From: Intoshia linei
Taxonomy: Eukaryota; Animalia; Orthonectida
DNA length: 47,349 bases
Direction: 5' to 3'
Assembly (NCBI GenBank): GCA_001642005.1
Contig: LWCA01000147.1
Location: 1-47,349, forward strand
Positions 12,883 to 25,931 of the stretch are shown here, in pieces; position 1 is the first letter of the stretch, and each line of letters starts with the position of its first letter. The position numbers were made by a program, and so were the translations under genes. The notes under the pieces were generated by a model. The model was not told where the DNA came from and made no database searches. It saw nothing but the letters and a program-made list of their open reading frames with translations.

Positions 12883-14769
12883 ATGAATTATACGGATATT
12901 GAAGAAAATGAATATGAAGGAATACAAAATTTATTCGATATTGAAAAGTTTATAGATCGTTTACCAGTAGATGAAAAAATTAAATATTACAAAGAAAAAG
13001 ACATCCAACGCAATAAATTACTCAACATTGGTTTGAGAACACTTGGATGGAAAAAATTTAAATATTTTACAGCTAAAGTTGAGCAAGATTTTTTTCTTAA
13101 TAATCCACATTATAAAATGAATACTTTTAAATTAATTGATAAACCTGTAAAGTTAGAAAAGGTTTTTTATTTGATAATATAAACCAGGGGTACTAGCACC
13201 CCTAGGGTGCTAGAATAACTATTATTATTTTTTAAAATTTGAATAAAAAATGTTAATAAAAAAATCTAATTAAACGTATTTTCAAATTGAAATTTATTTT
13301 AACACTCAAATTCTTATATAATATGCTATTCAATATTTGTTTGTGTGTGTTACCGTTTATTTCAATAACTACCAGTCTTAGAATTTTATAAATTCCACAT
13401 TTCAATTACAGTTTTTATCCGGAGTGTTAGCAAACTAAATTTTAACCTCCCAAACTCACATCTTACTGGTCAAAAAGCTCAATTGTCCTTTTTTTGAAAA
13501 TCAAACGAGTTCGAGAATTTAAAAAAATGTATACTCTGATACGAATTTTAAAATCATAAATATTATCATAAATTTAAATTTAAAAATAATATCTCAGCGA
13601 GAAAGCATTTTCAAGTATAATTAATAATCTTATGATAATTAATTTATAATATAGCTATGCTTCACATAAAATTGAAAACTAGAAATAGACTGGGAGATAA
13701 GTTGTAACACGATATGAGAGTTGCCTTATCTCAAACAAAACCAGATACATATATGTATGATAAACTTCTTTCAGATAAACAACAACAAAAATCTCATTAA
13801 TTTTATAATCAGTGATGATTCAACACAAATTTTAAATTTATTATGTAAATTAAAAGTATTTTTTTGATTAAATAGTTTTTCTGCTTTAATATACAGGTTT
13901 TATTCCTGAAAAAAATTGCTTAAATTGATATATAATGTAAATCTCATCAAATACAGCTTCTATGTTCGTTTATTGGTTATGTCCGATAGTGTGATTTTTT
14001 AAAATCTCAATAAAATTCGATTTTTAAATTGAATTTTAAGGTACAATTTTTTATTTTTTCAGGAGTGCTAGAAATAATTGATTTGGTTAACGGGGGTACT
14101 AAATTTAAAAAAGGCTAAGAAACCCTGATATAAACAAAGCCTGAATTGGCACCGCTACATGTTGAAATCAAAAATTTGACTTTTCTGAGATTTTCTGAAT
14201 TGTAGCCATTAATATTGCAGTTAATTAAGACGGTCTGATTCACGATTCGAAGACAATCTAGTTCGTCAAATTTTCCTTCCAATTTGTTACACAGTTTTTA
14301 TCTCGCCGGACCCACTGACTCTCCCCGCTCCTGATAATAGATAACATGTCTTTTAAATTTAAATATGGGCGCGGATCGTGTTTCCAATCGTGTTGCAAAA
14401 CTTTAATATAGTTTAAACTTTAAAGTAATACAGAATGTTCCAGGAACCTATTAATCGTTTTAAACAAAATTTAACTGCATTAAGAAACCCACTTTATTTC
14501 ATGAGTAATATGTCCGTGTACTTGATTGCACGTAGCACATCCTTTTTCGTTATGAATTTATATTGATAAAATATATTTAGAACCTAGATAATGAAATTAA
14601 TTATGCTGAAAGAATTGATAAATGGATTGAAAATAGAAAAAAAATGAAATTACCAAAAATTGACTTTACTGAATGGACTACAAAAATCGATAAATTAAAA
14701 ACAAAAAAAATAGTTTTAAGCCAAAGTGATGAGTCTATTGTTTCAAATACAAACTGTATTAGCAATTAA
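12883..14769 (+). CDS. Hypothetical charged protein, about 155 aa; exons 12883-13161 and 14581-14769
   Basis: The ORF from ATG 12883 reaches AAG|GT at 13161/13162. A phase-0 acceptor TTTAG|AAC at 14580/14581 opens a stop-free frame (NLDNEINYAERIDKWIENRKKMKLPKIDFTEW...) to TAA 14769. No family recognised. Confidence 0.6.
13185..14127. mobile_element. Intronic hAT MITE carrying a nested Helitron-family fragment (about 13310-13620)
   Basis: Termini CAGGGGTACT and AAGAAACCCTG with a perfect 8-bp TSD ATATAAAC (13177-13184, 14128-14135). The internal segment matches the window's Helitron-like family. Confidence 0.8.
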
Positions 14770-16710
14770 TTAAAGTTTAAAATTAATTGTATCAAAATTG
14801 AATTAATCGTTATTTTTATATATAAAATGTAAATAAATTATTTTAATCTATATTTAAATTTTAAGAATTTATAGTCATCATGATATTATGTTTCAATTAT
14901 TGATCCTTAGGTTGCTACAGTATCACATTAGCTTTGTCTTAATTTATAATTTAAGACTAAGTGTAATCATTTAACTGTATTTTTGTCAATTTCATAATAT
15001 ACAATGCAATTATTACATTTTAATATATCTGAACAGTGTAAACTTGCAAACGTTTATATTAATATTTTGTATAATATTATATCAACTGTAATCTAACATA
15101 GTTTCAACACCCAACTATCTACATTTCAAAATCAGTTATTCGCAACGGGTCCATGTGAACAACTAGTGGTCTACAAAAACATGTTGAATCCTCATGGTCC
15201 ACAAATATGTTCAATATATTATTTAAATATATATATAATAAAAACATGTATATTATACATGTATCTATTCAAAAATTTATTATCACTATTGAACTGTTAT
15301 ATATACTTTGTGAGGATTAATTCAAAATCTTACTACTTTATACTGAGTTTAGGTGAATTTTCAAGGGTAATAGTCGGAGAAAGCTGGTAATTTTACAGGA
15401 AGCTGTGATGGCATTTTTAAAATTTAAGGTATAAAGTAAAAATACTCATTTTAAAAAAATCCTTAAAAGCATAATTACAATTAGTTATGTTATAAAGTTT
15501 AGAAAATTTACACGTAAAGTCAAAATTTTTTCATCTTAGATATATTTATAGCCTAATTAATAAACTTGGTAATAATTTGCAAGGAATAAAATATGACTCA
15601 GAAGTTTTCCAAAATTGAAAGCTTTTCTGAATAAAGTGGTATTTTGAAATTTACTTCAAAATGGAAATATCTATTTTTAATAATTTTGAAATTAATAAAT
15701 CTTCTTAAAAATGCATCAAAGCTTGTTATAACCATTTTGATAGGATTTGTAACGACTTTAATAGAAGATTTAAAGAAAAAATTTCCAATATGGTTTTTTT
15801 ATCTACATTTATTTACTTCATTTTTAAATATTGATATAGATGTAAAAATTGTTCAACAATTGCTAGATTTGAAATAAATATTCAATTTAATTAATGATAT
15901 GAAAAGGGTAAAAATATTTTGATATATTTTAATTATTGAGTTCAATCAGAGACTAATCTACCAGGTTCGAGTCCATGCTAATATGAAAATAGCCCTCTAA
16001 AAAAATTTTCGCAAATGATACGTATTGTCAGATAACCCCTAACCACCTTATCGAAGCTTATTCAACCTATCCAAATCTCTTGACTTGGATTTTAATTTAA
16101 CACACAAAATAATTATGATACAAGATGTTGTATACAAGATACAATATGTTATGTATTCAAGAATATAATTTTTAATTCTCAATTTGATTAGAAATTGAAA
16201 AAATGAGGCTCCCACGAAGGGGGCTCGATACGGTAGACTGGGTATTCCTTCGAATGCACCCATTTTTTTAATTGTCAAATATTGTCAAAATTATGGGTGT
16301 GAAATAATCGTTACGCCAAAGCAGAACCTTAATTGTAGGTCCTACATGACTCTTTGGTTGAACTCGGCGAAATTTTAAGATAATGGTGTTATCATTATTC
16401 CAAAATAATATTAAATATATTGTAAAAATTGTATCTTTGAATATCGTAACTATCATGTATGTCAAATTTAATCTGCCAAGTCCAAGCTCATAGACGTGAC
16501 TCAGGGATATACAGCATTACGCATCATTTGTCAAAACTTTTTAGGGACTAATTTTTATTTTCGGTGCTAGAGTAAAGTAGATTCGGCTATACACTCTACC
16601 TTAAACAAATTATGTAGTAATTTTCGTCAACATGAAAGAAGAAATATCTATGCAATCAAGGATGAAATTAGAGCTAGCTATCGAGATATTGTAGAAGAAA
16701 AAGGCAATTA

Positions 16711-17711
16711 CAGTCAGACCTGTAAATATTGAACACCTAATATAGTAAAAATTAAAAATTATTTTGTAAACATAAAATCCACTTTATATGGCAGTATAGT
16801 GAACAATACGGTAATGAACGGTGAACACCTTTCAAAGTGAAGATAATATTCTATTTTTGTATAATCTCATTGTAATTTGAATCAGTTAATATAATTTGCA
16901 CTTTATTTTTCATTATATAATGAACGATAAAAAGCGTAAAAATTTGTCACTTGGAAAAAAAATCATACTGTTTCGCGAGGAAAATAAAACATATAGCCAA
17001 CGAGATATGGCTAACAAATTTAAATTATCTCTGGGCTACATTAATCCATATACTCCCAGTGTGACTATATGGTCACACAACATTACAATTGTAAAAACAC
17101 GTATCACATTGAGAAAAAGTTAATTAAATATGAAAAATTAAATTGATTAGTATATTATATAACATTCGAGTATATTAGTTATGGGTTTTCACCGATTAGC
17201 CTCCTGTGTCACTGACAGTTGGTCAAAATGATTTTTCAAATAAAAAAAAAATTCACTGAAAAACGGATACGTTTTTCATTATACGTAATATACTCAAATA
17301 TAGTACGACAATACATACTTACGAAGTTCTATGTATTTCTAAACAGTTGCAACAATGGTACATTGAAAATTATCCGAATTGAATTAATAATATATTTAAA
17401 GTGATAAATGATATAACATCGGAAAAATTGTCGAGAAAAGCTAAAATAACTGATTATTTTTTTACATTAAAAAAAATTTAAATTATTGAATATAATTTTA
17501 ATTAAAATTTTTAATTTTACTTAGTATTTTCGTGAATATTCAGTTGTATTAATATACTATTTTCAAAAATATTTTGATTCGATCAAACTTTGTTATGACG
17601 CTTCAAGTGGAAAAATCAGCATTTTAAGGATAATATAAAGTTTACTATAAACTCTATAATAAACATCGTTATTTTTTCTATGTTAGTGTTCAATATATAC
17701 AGGTCTGACTG
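16711..17711 (+). mobile_element. pogo/Tigger-type non-autonomous derivative
   Basis: About 30-bp TIRs CAGTCAGACCTGTAAATATTGAACAC and GTGTTCAATATATACAGGTCTGACTG with TA TSDs. Residual N-terminal CENP-B-like HTH peptide KRKNLSLGKKI...SQRDMANKFKLS. Confidence 0.85.
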
Positions 17712-19074
17712 TATTAATAATTTTTTCAATCCTTATTCCCATATCATTTAAGAAACATGAACCGTTTTAATTAAATCGTGACTAGAATCGTTTTTCGGAG
17801 AGAATCATGAACTATTTGTAAAATTTGATAGTTACCATTAATGAGAAATTTACATTGCAATGCCATTCATTGCTGTGCAATGATGAATAATCTTAACTAT
17901 AAATAGGCGGAGTAACTTTATATGTATTAAATTATCAATAATTTAAAAAATATATATATATATATATATAATCCGTATTCGAAAGTTTTTATAACAGCTA
18001 CTTGAGCTAATTTAAAATTAAAATTATAATCAGCAGTTCCTAGCAATGCAGAAATTACTTAAGGTATCAATAATTTCATGAATATAATTTTAGCTTTCAA
18101 ATAATTTCCATAAATTCCCCTATCCGTAGATACTCATAAATTTTTGGTACTGCCTATACCTTTTCAATAGTGTTAAATCTTGTTTAATACGCTTATAGAG
18201 TTTATTCCAAATTATTTCAAAAACTAAGTATCTAAAAATTTTTACTAATTCTATAGATATTCTATCGAAAATACCTATTCTATAGCAATTTTTCAATACT
18301 CATGCAGTATCGCCAATTTTAATCTCAGAACGGTTCTGAACTTATTATTATTATTAAAATAATTATCAGAACACTTATCACGTAATATTGATGGAAATTT
18401 TCATTTGGGAATGTCCACTGACGAAATAGACAAGCTAATTTTAATATAAACGTAAATTAAAATAGTGTATAGAAATTGATGAATTATGCATTGATTGACT
18501 TTTTTAGTAACCGTCCTCTCAACGAAAACAGATATGAAATGATTAAGATATTATCTTGTAGCGATGTAATTAAGTCTATGAATTATAAAACCAAGTTTGA
18601 TTGTCTATCATGGAAGTTTTTTATATATAGTTTTAATTCCTTTTGAATTACTAACGTTGAACTACGCGTATGCGTGTAATGATTATTGGATACATTTAAC
18701 AAATTAACAAATATTTGGGTTATGTGTTCAAAAGTTGGATGAATTTTTTGTAGAAACGTGAAAAAGATGCCATCGCGGATCTACCATATACATAATAATA
18801 TATACATATACAAAAATTTCTCATTTTACTGTGTACTGTACTGAAAATTGAACTGAAATGAACCGTTAGATACAATTACATTTATTAAGTTGTAACACTT
18901 GAATAGATTTAACTTAGTTAACGATCTAATTCTCACAATATAATACAGGTCAATTTGTATTATTTACATAAGATAGCAATTAATACGTGTGTCCAAGTCG
19001 TGTTATATTCAAGTTGGCACCATCATTCTTTATGTATACTTTAAATAAATAAATTTCTATCAATTTCATTCTAG

Positions 19075-22000
19075 CAAACGTTTAAAATGCAAACGTTACT
19101 CATAAATAAACATTGCTCTCCGCAGCTTAAATCACAAAATGGTAATACATACAAATACAATGTAAATCACAGTATAGTGAAATGAATTGATGAGTTTAGT
19201 TTCAATATATTGTCCTGCGCAATGGGACGGATTCGTTTGTTGGAACGATACTATAAGTAATACCAAAGTTTCAATGCCCTGTCCGGTTTTTTTGGATGCT
19301 CCCATTGATGGTAATATTATAAATTAACACAAATTTTTTATCAATGCGATAAAAAATTTATGTTTAGCTGTGGCTACAAGGTATTGCAACCAAATCGGAA
19401 ATTGGACTTCTTCGCAATACTTGAATATAACTAAAGCAAATTATGATGAATGCATAGCACATTATTCCCAAGCTGAATATGTATATTTTTTTATATTAAT
19501 AATGATGCTTATAGGTCGTTTCACTAATTAAAAGATTTACAATTATATATCGTGTAATGCTGATTCAGTATCAACAAAATTGGTGTATTGAATTAGTATT
19601 TAAAGTGGAATGAATGAGTACTGTGGTTTTACAATTTAATATACTTTTTGACTGTGAAGGTGTCAATTTCTGAGTTTTAAATATATTTCATTTTCTCCAG
19701 CCGAAAAAAATGACTCTAAATTTTTATTTGTCAAATATCTGGGATTTTCAGTTTTCTCAATAAATGGTTAGACACGTGGACAGCTTTTATCAACTTTTAT
19801 TTTATATAAGTAAGGGTATTATAAAACATGTATATTTCTATGATTTTCAAAATTTGTACATTTGTATAGATAAACCTGCAAATTATTAAATATATTTTGA
19901 CAATTGGACTATCTTCATCAATAATCATTTTAGTAGCTGCGATAGGACTAATATTATGCTACAAGTAATCTTTCTTTATTATATTAAAGTCTTTCTATTT
20001 TTGGGATACTCGTATTTTGGGAAGTAAATCTGTATTATTTTTATTTTATAGTATTTATAACAGTGGAATATCAATATGTATGAAATTAACCTGCCTTGGG
20101 CAAAAATTGTATTCCTTACTTATATAAAGCAATTTAGTTAAAAATGTACTGTAAAAATCTTTATTTGTTTATTTGTCTGTTTTCATATATTCAAGAAAGT
20201 AATAGGCGTAGAGTTTTCAGAATAACCATTTCTAAAATGCTTTTTCAAGAGTAAAGTTTTATCGCAAATTTTATTGAAATTAATTGAGTCCTTCAAGGTC
20301 AGAAACTCCAATTATCCTTTTTATTAAAATTAAACGAGTCCTAGAATTATTAAAAATGCACACTCTGATAAAGATTTTAAAATTATCAACATTATGATAA
20401 AATTCAATTTCGAAATTTCATATCTTCACGGCCAAAACCCAAATGACCCTTTTTTTTTTTTTAAAAATAAAATCAACCCAAAAATGTGATATAACATAAA
20501 TTAACATTAACATTATCGTAAATCGTAGCCTCAGAAACGCACCATACATGGTCAAAACCTTAAATTACCCGTTATTTTAAAAATGAATCATATCCTAAAA
20601 TTTAAAAAAAAGTATAGTTGATACAAAAAATTTCAATCTTACAAAGTGACGTGTTCACATTTCAAAAAAGCACTTTGGTATTCATTTTTTTTATTTTTTA
20701 ACTATTTTATTAAAACAAAAAATTTTAAATAATTAACGGTTCTACAATTGAAAAAAAAAATTATTCTGATACAGCTTATTCCATTTGATATTTATACAAA
20801 ATTTCAACCCCAGTAATCTACGCATTTCCGGTCAAAAATAAATTTTAATATATTATTAACTAATATTTTTCAAATTTTTGGATTAACTAAATTAAAAATT
20901 AAATATTCATCCTACAATTTCAAAAAAAATAGAAATTGACTGTATCACGTTTTAATATAGAAATATGGGTTTCAATGTCATTAATTGGTTTCTTAAAAAA
21001 ATGGTAATACATAATGTATATTTTTTGATAGTGAAAGTGCCCATTTTTGAATTTGAAATTTATCGTACAGTCTGTACGGAAAAACTAAGATAGATTTTAT
21101 TTCTAAATAAATGTTTCAAAACACTGTGACAGACAGACACACATTATTGGCAACTTTTATTTAATATAAACAAGGTTTTTTGAAAAAATTTGTTAAATTG
21201 TTTATTATTTTTTAGACAATACAACAAAAGAAATATTCTACATTTAAATTTCTTTCTGGCAATGATAATTAGAGCGACTCTATTTCTAATTGATTCAGCC
21301 GTCAATGAATTCAATCCAGAATTTTTAATACAAGTAATTAACAACTAAAAAATAAATTGTATATATTGCTTCATCGATTGCTCGGATACAGAACCAACTC
21401 TACCCTACTGGAGGCCCAACACCCGAAAATGGAAAATAGGCCAAAAATTTTTTTTGAAAACGATGCATTGTGCATTATTGCAACTTGCCACCTCTCTAAG
21501 GCTCTCGACGTGACATTTTAAATACATTTTAACATAAAAAATAGTTATGATACTCAAGAATTTTCTTTACTTTTTTTAAACGATCAATATGAAAAAATTT
21601 CATCGAGCTCTCAAAGAGGGTCTCCGGTACGATAAGTTTAGACACTTCTCTGATATACAAATTATATCTTATACTAACAATTGGACTTTTAAAATCGAGA
21701 TATGAGTAACTATGAAAATAGTAATGTGTATTAGGATAACCAAGATTGTAGAGAGTCGTTAGTGAGCTTAATTCGAATGAAAATTGGTGGTTCTACATGC
21801 AATTAAACCCTTTTTAAAATAGTATTATAATAATTATACAATTCAATATAACATATTTTAATGTTAAATAATGATCTGAACCCATCCATACAATGTATAA
21901 TCATATCACCCTCTCCACCGTCCAGGGTACAATCAATTATAATGCACTATGAATTCAAATATTATTTTTTGGAAATTAACATTATAGTATAATGTTATGT

Positions 22001-25000
22001 TTGTGTTTAATTATAATTAAATGTGTAAAATTTTAGAACATGTTATTTTGTAAAACCATTAACGCACTGATTTTATATAGCATAATATTGTGTTATTTTT
22101 GGTTGTGTGCTGAAGCTATATATTTGACATGTAACCTTTATATGATATCAACGGAGAAATGCAAACATTTGTTAAAAGCAATCATTATAATATCATGGGG
22201 TATGAAAATATTTTATAAAATATATTTAAAATCTAAATCGTTACCGCAAACCTTAGACAAGGTTTGCCAATCTTTGTTATAAATGTTAAAATTGATATCA
22301 AAATTTAGTTATGCCGGCATTATGGATACTTTTATGGGTCATTTTAAAAATCAAATATGAAAATATCTTGTAATATTCATATTATTCATTAATGAATATA
22401 TTGTATCAATGGTTTCGTATTTTACATTATGTAACCATCTATTATAATCAGGACCGTGGAGAGAACATTGTTTTTTTTTAACATTTTTTTTCATTTTTTA
22501 TTGAATAATGTTCATCATTGATTTTCCATTAGATTAAAGAAAACTTGGATTCTCCTTGGTGATCTGTAAAAAGGGGTTTTTTCTTACTCTCTACCTGAAA
22601 GACGAATTTTATCTATACGGTTCGCATTTAGTAGTGTGGCCATATTCTATACGTATTTATATTATATAGAAACGAAATTTATTCTTATTTATATAAAGTA
22701 TTTTAGTTTAAAATGTATGTCTGTTTATTTGATTGTCTGTTACTATTTATTTAAGAAAGTAATAGGCGTAGAGTTTCAAACATTCCATATTTCTATTACA
22801 GTTTTTTGAGAGTCATTTTTTATCGTAAATTTTAGTTTCAGCAATTGGGTCCTTCAAGATCAAAAATCCTTAAATGATTTTTTATTTTTTTTTAAATTTA
22901 AACGAGTCCTAGAATTATAAAAAATACATAAACATACATATTTTAAAATCACAAACATTATGATTAATTTCAATTTCAAAATCTTATCTGTTCACGGTCA
23001 AAACCCCAAATTACCCTTTTTTTAAAAAATGAAAAACGTCCTAGAATTTTATACAATATAGATTGTGAGATACGTTTTAAAATCATAAACGTTACCATAA
23101 ATCGAAAACTCAGATTACCTTTTTTTTAAAAAATTAAAAAAAATAAAATATAGTTCTAAAATTTTAAAAAAAATTATAGTTGATACAGTTAAAGATACAG
23201 ATTATCCGGTTAAAGCACACAAAAAATTTTTTTAAATTCTTTGGGCAAATTTTAACAAAGTAAAATTTCGTGTATATTAGTGTTATCAAAAATACTTATT
23301 TATGGTCACACTACATTTAGGTAACCCGCCGATAATTTTATGTTACCTCATTTGCTAAGCTATCAACTATCCATTTTATTTTCAATATGATAATTTATCG
23401 TGTAACACTTTATCCAAATGTTATACCAAAATGTATTACAGATTGTCATTTACAGTGCAACAAATTATTATAATAATGTATAACTTTAGTATTATTGTTG
23501 TAATGATATTAAATTTTTTGTTGTTATTTTTATTAACAAATATAAATGTAAATGAATATTAATTAGTGACTACAATCATAATAATTATTTAATTACATTT
23601 CATTTTTGACATTTTAGATGCTGGTATATCAATAACAATAAAATACTATATTACATGATAAATGTTCCATGTATCGCTTTAATTATAGTAAATCTTTAAA
23701 AATATTTTGATATATATATTCATACAGATCACCTGCATACTTGGTTTAAATGTACTTAGAATTAGTTGCCAAAAACAATTTGAACAGAGTGCTCACATTA
23801 CAATTAACAAACCAACGTAAGTTTTTTAAATTAATGTAGGGATGGATAAACAGTTTCAATATGCATGTATAGTTATACCTTGGTTAGAGTGAGTATGTGT
23901 AAACCTTTAGTAATCTGTTTTACATATAATCATCTTATTGCAAAACTAAAATGTACATAAAACTGTAAATCATTCTTTATTTAAGAAATTGAAAATTTTA
24001 TAACAAGGGGGACCAATTATGAAAAAATATAAAATCATTTTTTAAAAAATTTTCTTAACCGAACTTTACCTGTATGATTATTCATTTTATGATTATCAAT
24101 TTTAATTTAATTAATTTACAAATGAAATTTAAATTTTAAACCTAAATCTCAAGAAAAAAAATCAAGTTTTACGCTTGATGACTAGACAAATACGCTTAAT
24201 TAACCTGGACAATTAAAATTTTAATGGAACTAAGAAAATCTACATAGTTAACACTACATTGAAAACACGTTCCGTAATATTTGAAACGAAATTTCCTGGT
24301 TTCAAAATTTTAATGTCCTAGTGATGTATCCTTAACCTAAAGAGTTTGAGAAATACTGAATTATACCCATTATTAAATGTTCACAATATTCCCTATTAAT
24401 ATTTAATTTTTTGAAAATTTCTGATAAAAATGCAGATTTTATGTCAAATAAATGTAAATTATGTAAATGTGAATATTTAGAGTTTCAATGAAAAGATTTT
24501 TCATTGCAGTTCCATTATTTGGTTTTCACTACTTGCTATTCATGTGGGTTCAGCCAACAAGTAAAAGCAAAATTTTAATATACCTAAAGCTATACTTTGA
24601 TTCAATATTCATATCAGTACAGGTACAAAACAGTTAAAACTAATTAAAATTAAAATATTTTTTAAATATAATTGATGGTATACAGCAGTGGTTCTCAACT
24701 GGGGAAAAATTGTTCCTTATGGGATTTTACTATTTAAAAGGGGAAATTAAAATGCAGAAATTAATCCATTAAAATATAAATTAATGATTTGAGTGCGAAA
24801 AATGCATATAGTGAAGAAGCAATAACAAAATTTTGGTCAAAAATTATGTAATTAATCTCCTAAACTTAAAAAAAAAAGAAGAAAAAGCTATTATAATTCT
24901 GGGAGTTTTAATTATTGAATAAATTAGTAACACACAAATGTTGAGTTTTATACAAGAAATAATTGTTAAATCAAAGATTTTCAAAATATTGGATGATAAA

Positions 25001-25592
25001 ATGAGTTTTTGACGGGGAAGATGCAAGTATCTGAGATTGAAATTTTTGATAATGGGTAAACGGGAAAAAAACTACTCAGAATTGATGGTTTTTAAAATTA
25101 TAATAATCTAAATTATTTACTACAATAATGTAATTTTTAATACTACAAAAACATTGAATTGTTGATAAGAATTATTTGTAATTGAAGTCTTTTATTCACC
25201 TTAATTGTGAATCGAAGAATATTGGTAATTTTACATATTGATATTAAATATTTCGATAAAATTATGATATCAAAAGTAAAACGACTATTTATCCAAAATT
25301 TTGATTGAGTTTCTTTATATTTCAACTACATTGCTATTTATTTCATTTATCATGTATAGTCAAATGAACTAATAGTCTTAAAATTATTAAAAAAATTTAG
25401 GGAATAGCACTACCAATAATACTATGCTTCCTAAATAAACGATCAATAAAAGCGATAAAAAATTCAATAAGCAGACTAAATTCTAATAGCAAATTCCGAT
25501 CACATAAACTGAAAAGTCGTAAAAAAAGAGAGAAATCATCAAAATACAACACATCCTTAAACACAAAATTTGTAAAAAATATAGATAAATAA
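19075..25592 (+). CDS. Class B1 (secretin-family) peptide-hormone GPCR; 5' end uncertain. Approximate exons 19075-19141, 19200-19309, 19369-19481, 19870-19964, 21216-21333, 22037-22199, 22309-22369, 23619-23688, 23729-23817, 24481-24622, 25401-25592
   Basis: Phase-compatible exons give the hormone-binding domain (YCPAQWDGFVCW...MPCP...ATRYCNQIGNW...NYDEC), TM1 (ILTIGLSSS), TM2 (KRNILHLNFF...R), TM3 (FWLCAEAIYL), TM4 (SWVMP), ECL2 CW, TM5, TM6 (PLFGFHY) and TM7 (SVQG...LCFLN). Confidence 0.9.
20113..21000 (+). mobile_element. Helitron-like family copy in a GPCR intron (further copies or fragments at about 6300-6560, 8878-9200, 22680-23200, 29040-29950, 33690-34450, 37730-38850, 39720-40130, 42760-43190, 44620-44815)
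   Basis: Shared 5' TCCTTACTTATATAAAG..TGTCTGT, internal about 100-bp subrepeats (CACGGTCAAAACCCCAAATTACCCTTTTTT...CCTAGAATTT) and an AGCTTATTCCA.TTGATAT...AATTTCAACCCCAG block recurring on both strands. Confidence 0.7.
24686..24730 (+). mobile_element. Charlie/SPIN-like hAT left terminus in a GPCR intron
   Basis: CAGTGGTTCTCAACTGGGG is a canonical hAT-Charlie TIR. The right end was not resolved. Confidence 0.5.
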
Positions 25593-25931
25593 AAATAAAA
25601 GTCTAGACAAGATTGAATTGAATAAAAAAAAAATGTACTTAAAATTGCAAAAGTATGAAAATTGATATTTTTATATTGATAAATTAAAATTTTGTGCGTC
25701 TGTCTATTAAAAAAATTTACAAAGTGACTAGATATTGCAGTTGAATATTGAATGTAATGGATGAAAAAAATGTAAGGCTTACATTGTTTTGATTGTTTGG
25801 AAACTAATAAGATTTGAGATTACAGTAACAATAGAGTCTAATATACAATTTTTTTTTATTTTTCTAAACAATATCGATACTTGCAGTAAAGTAAAATAAA
25901 GTTTGTCAAATAGAGTTTACGTAAAATTTAA

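Noticed and set aside
15166-16465. Short hydrophobic ORFs (also 727, 3970, 6582, 17219, 24844, 25143, 37034, 42321)
   Set aside because: They are low-complexity I/L/F/K/N-rich frames expected from AT-rich or TE DNA, with no motifs or consistent splice partners.
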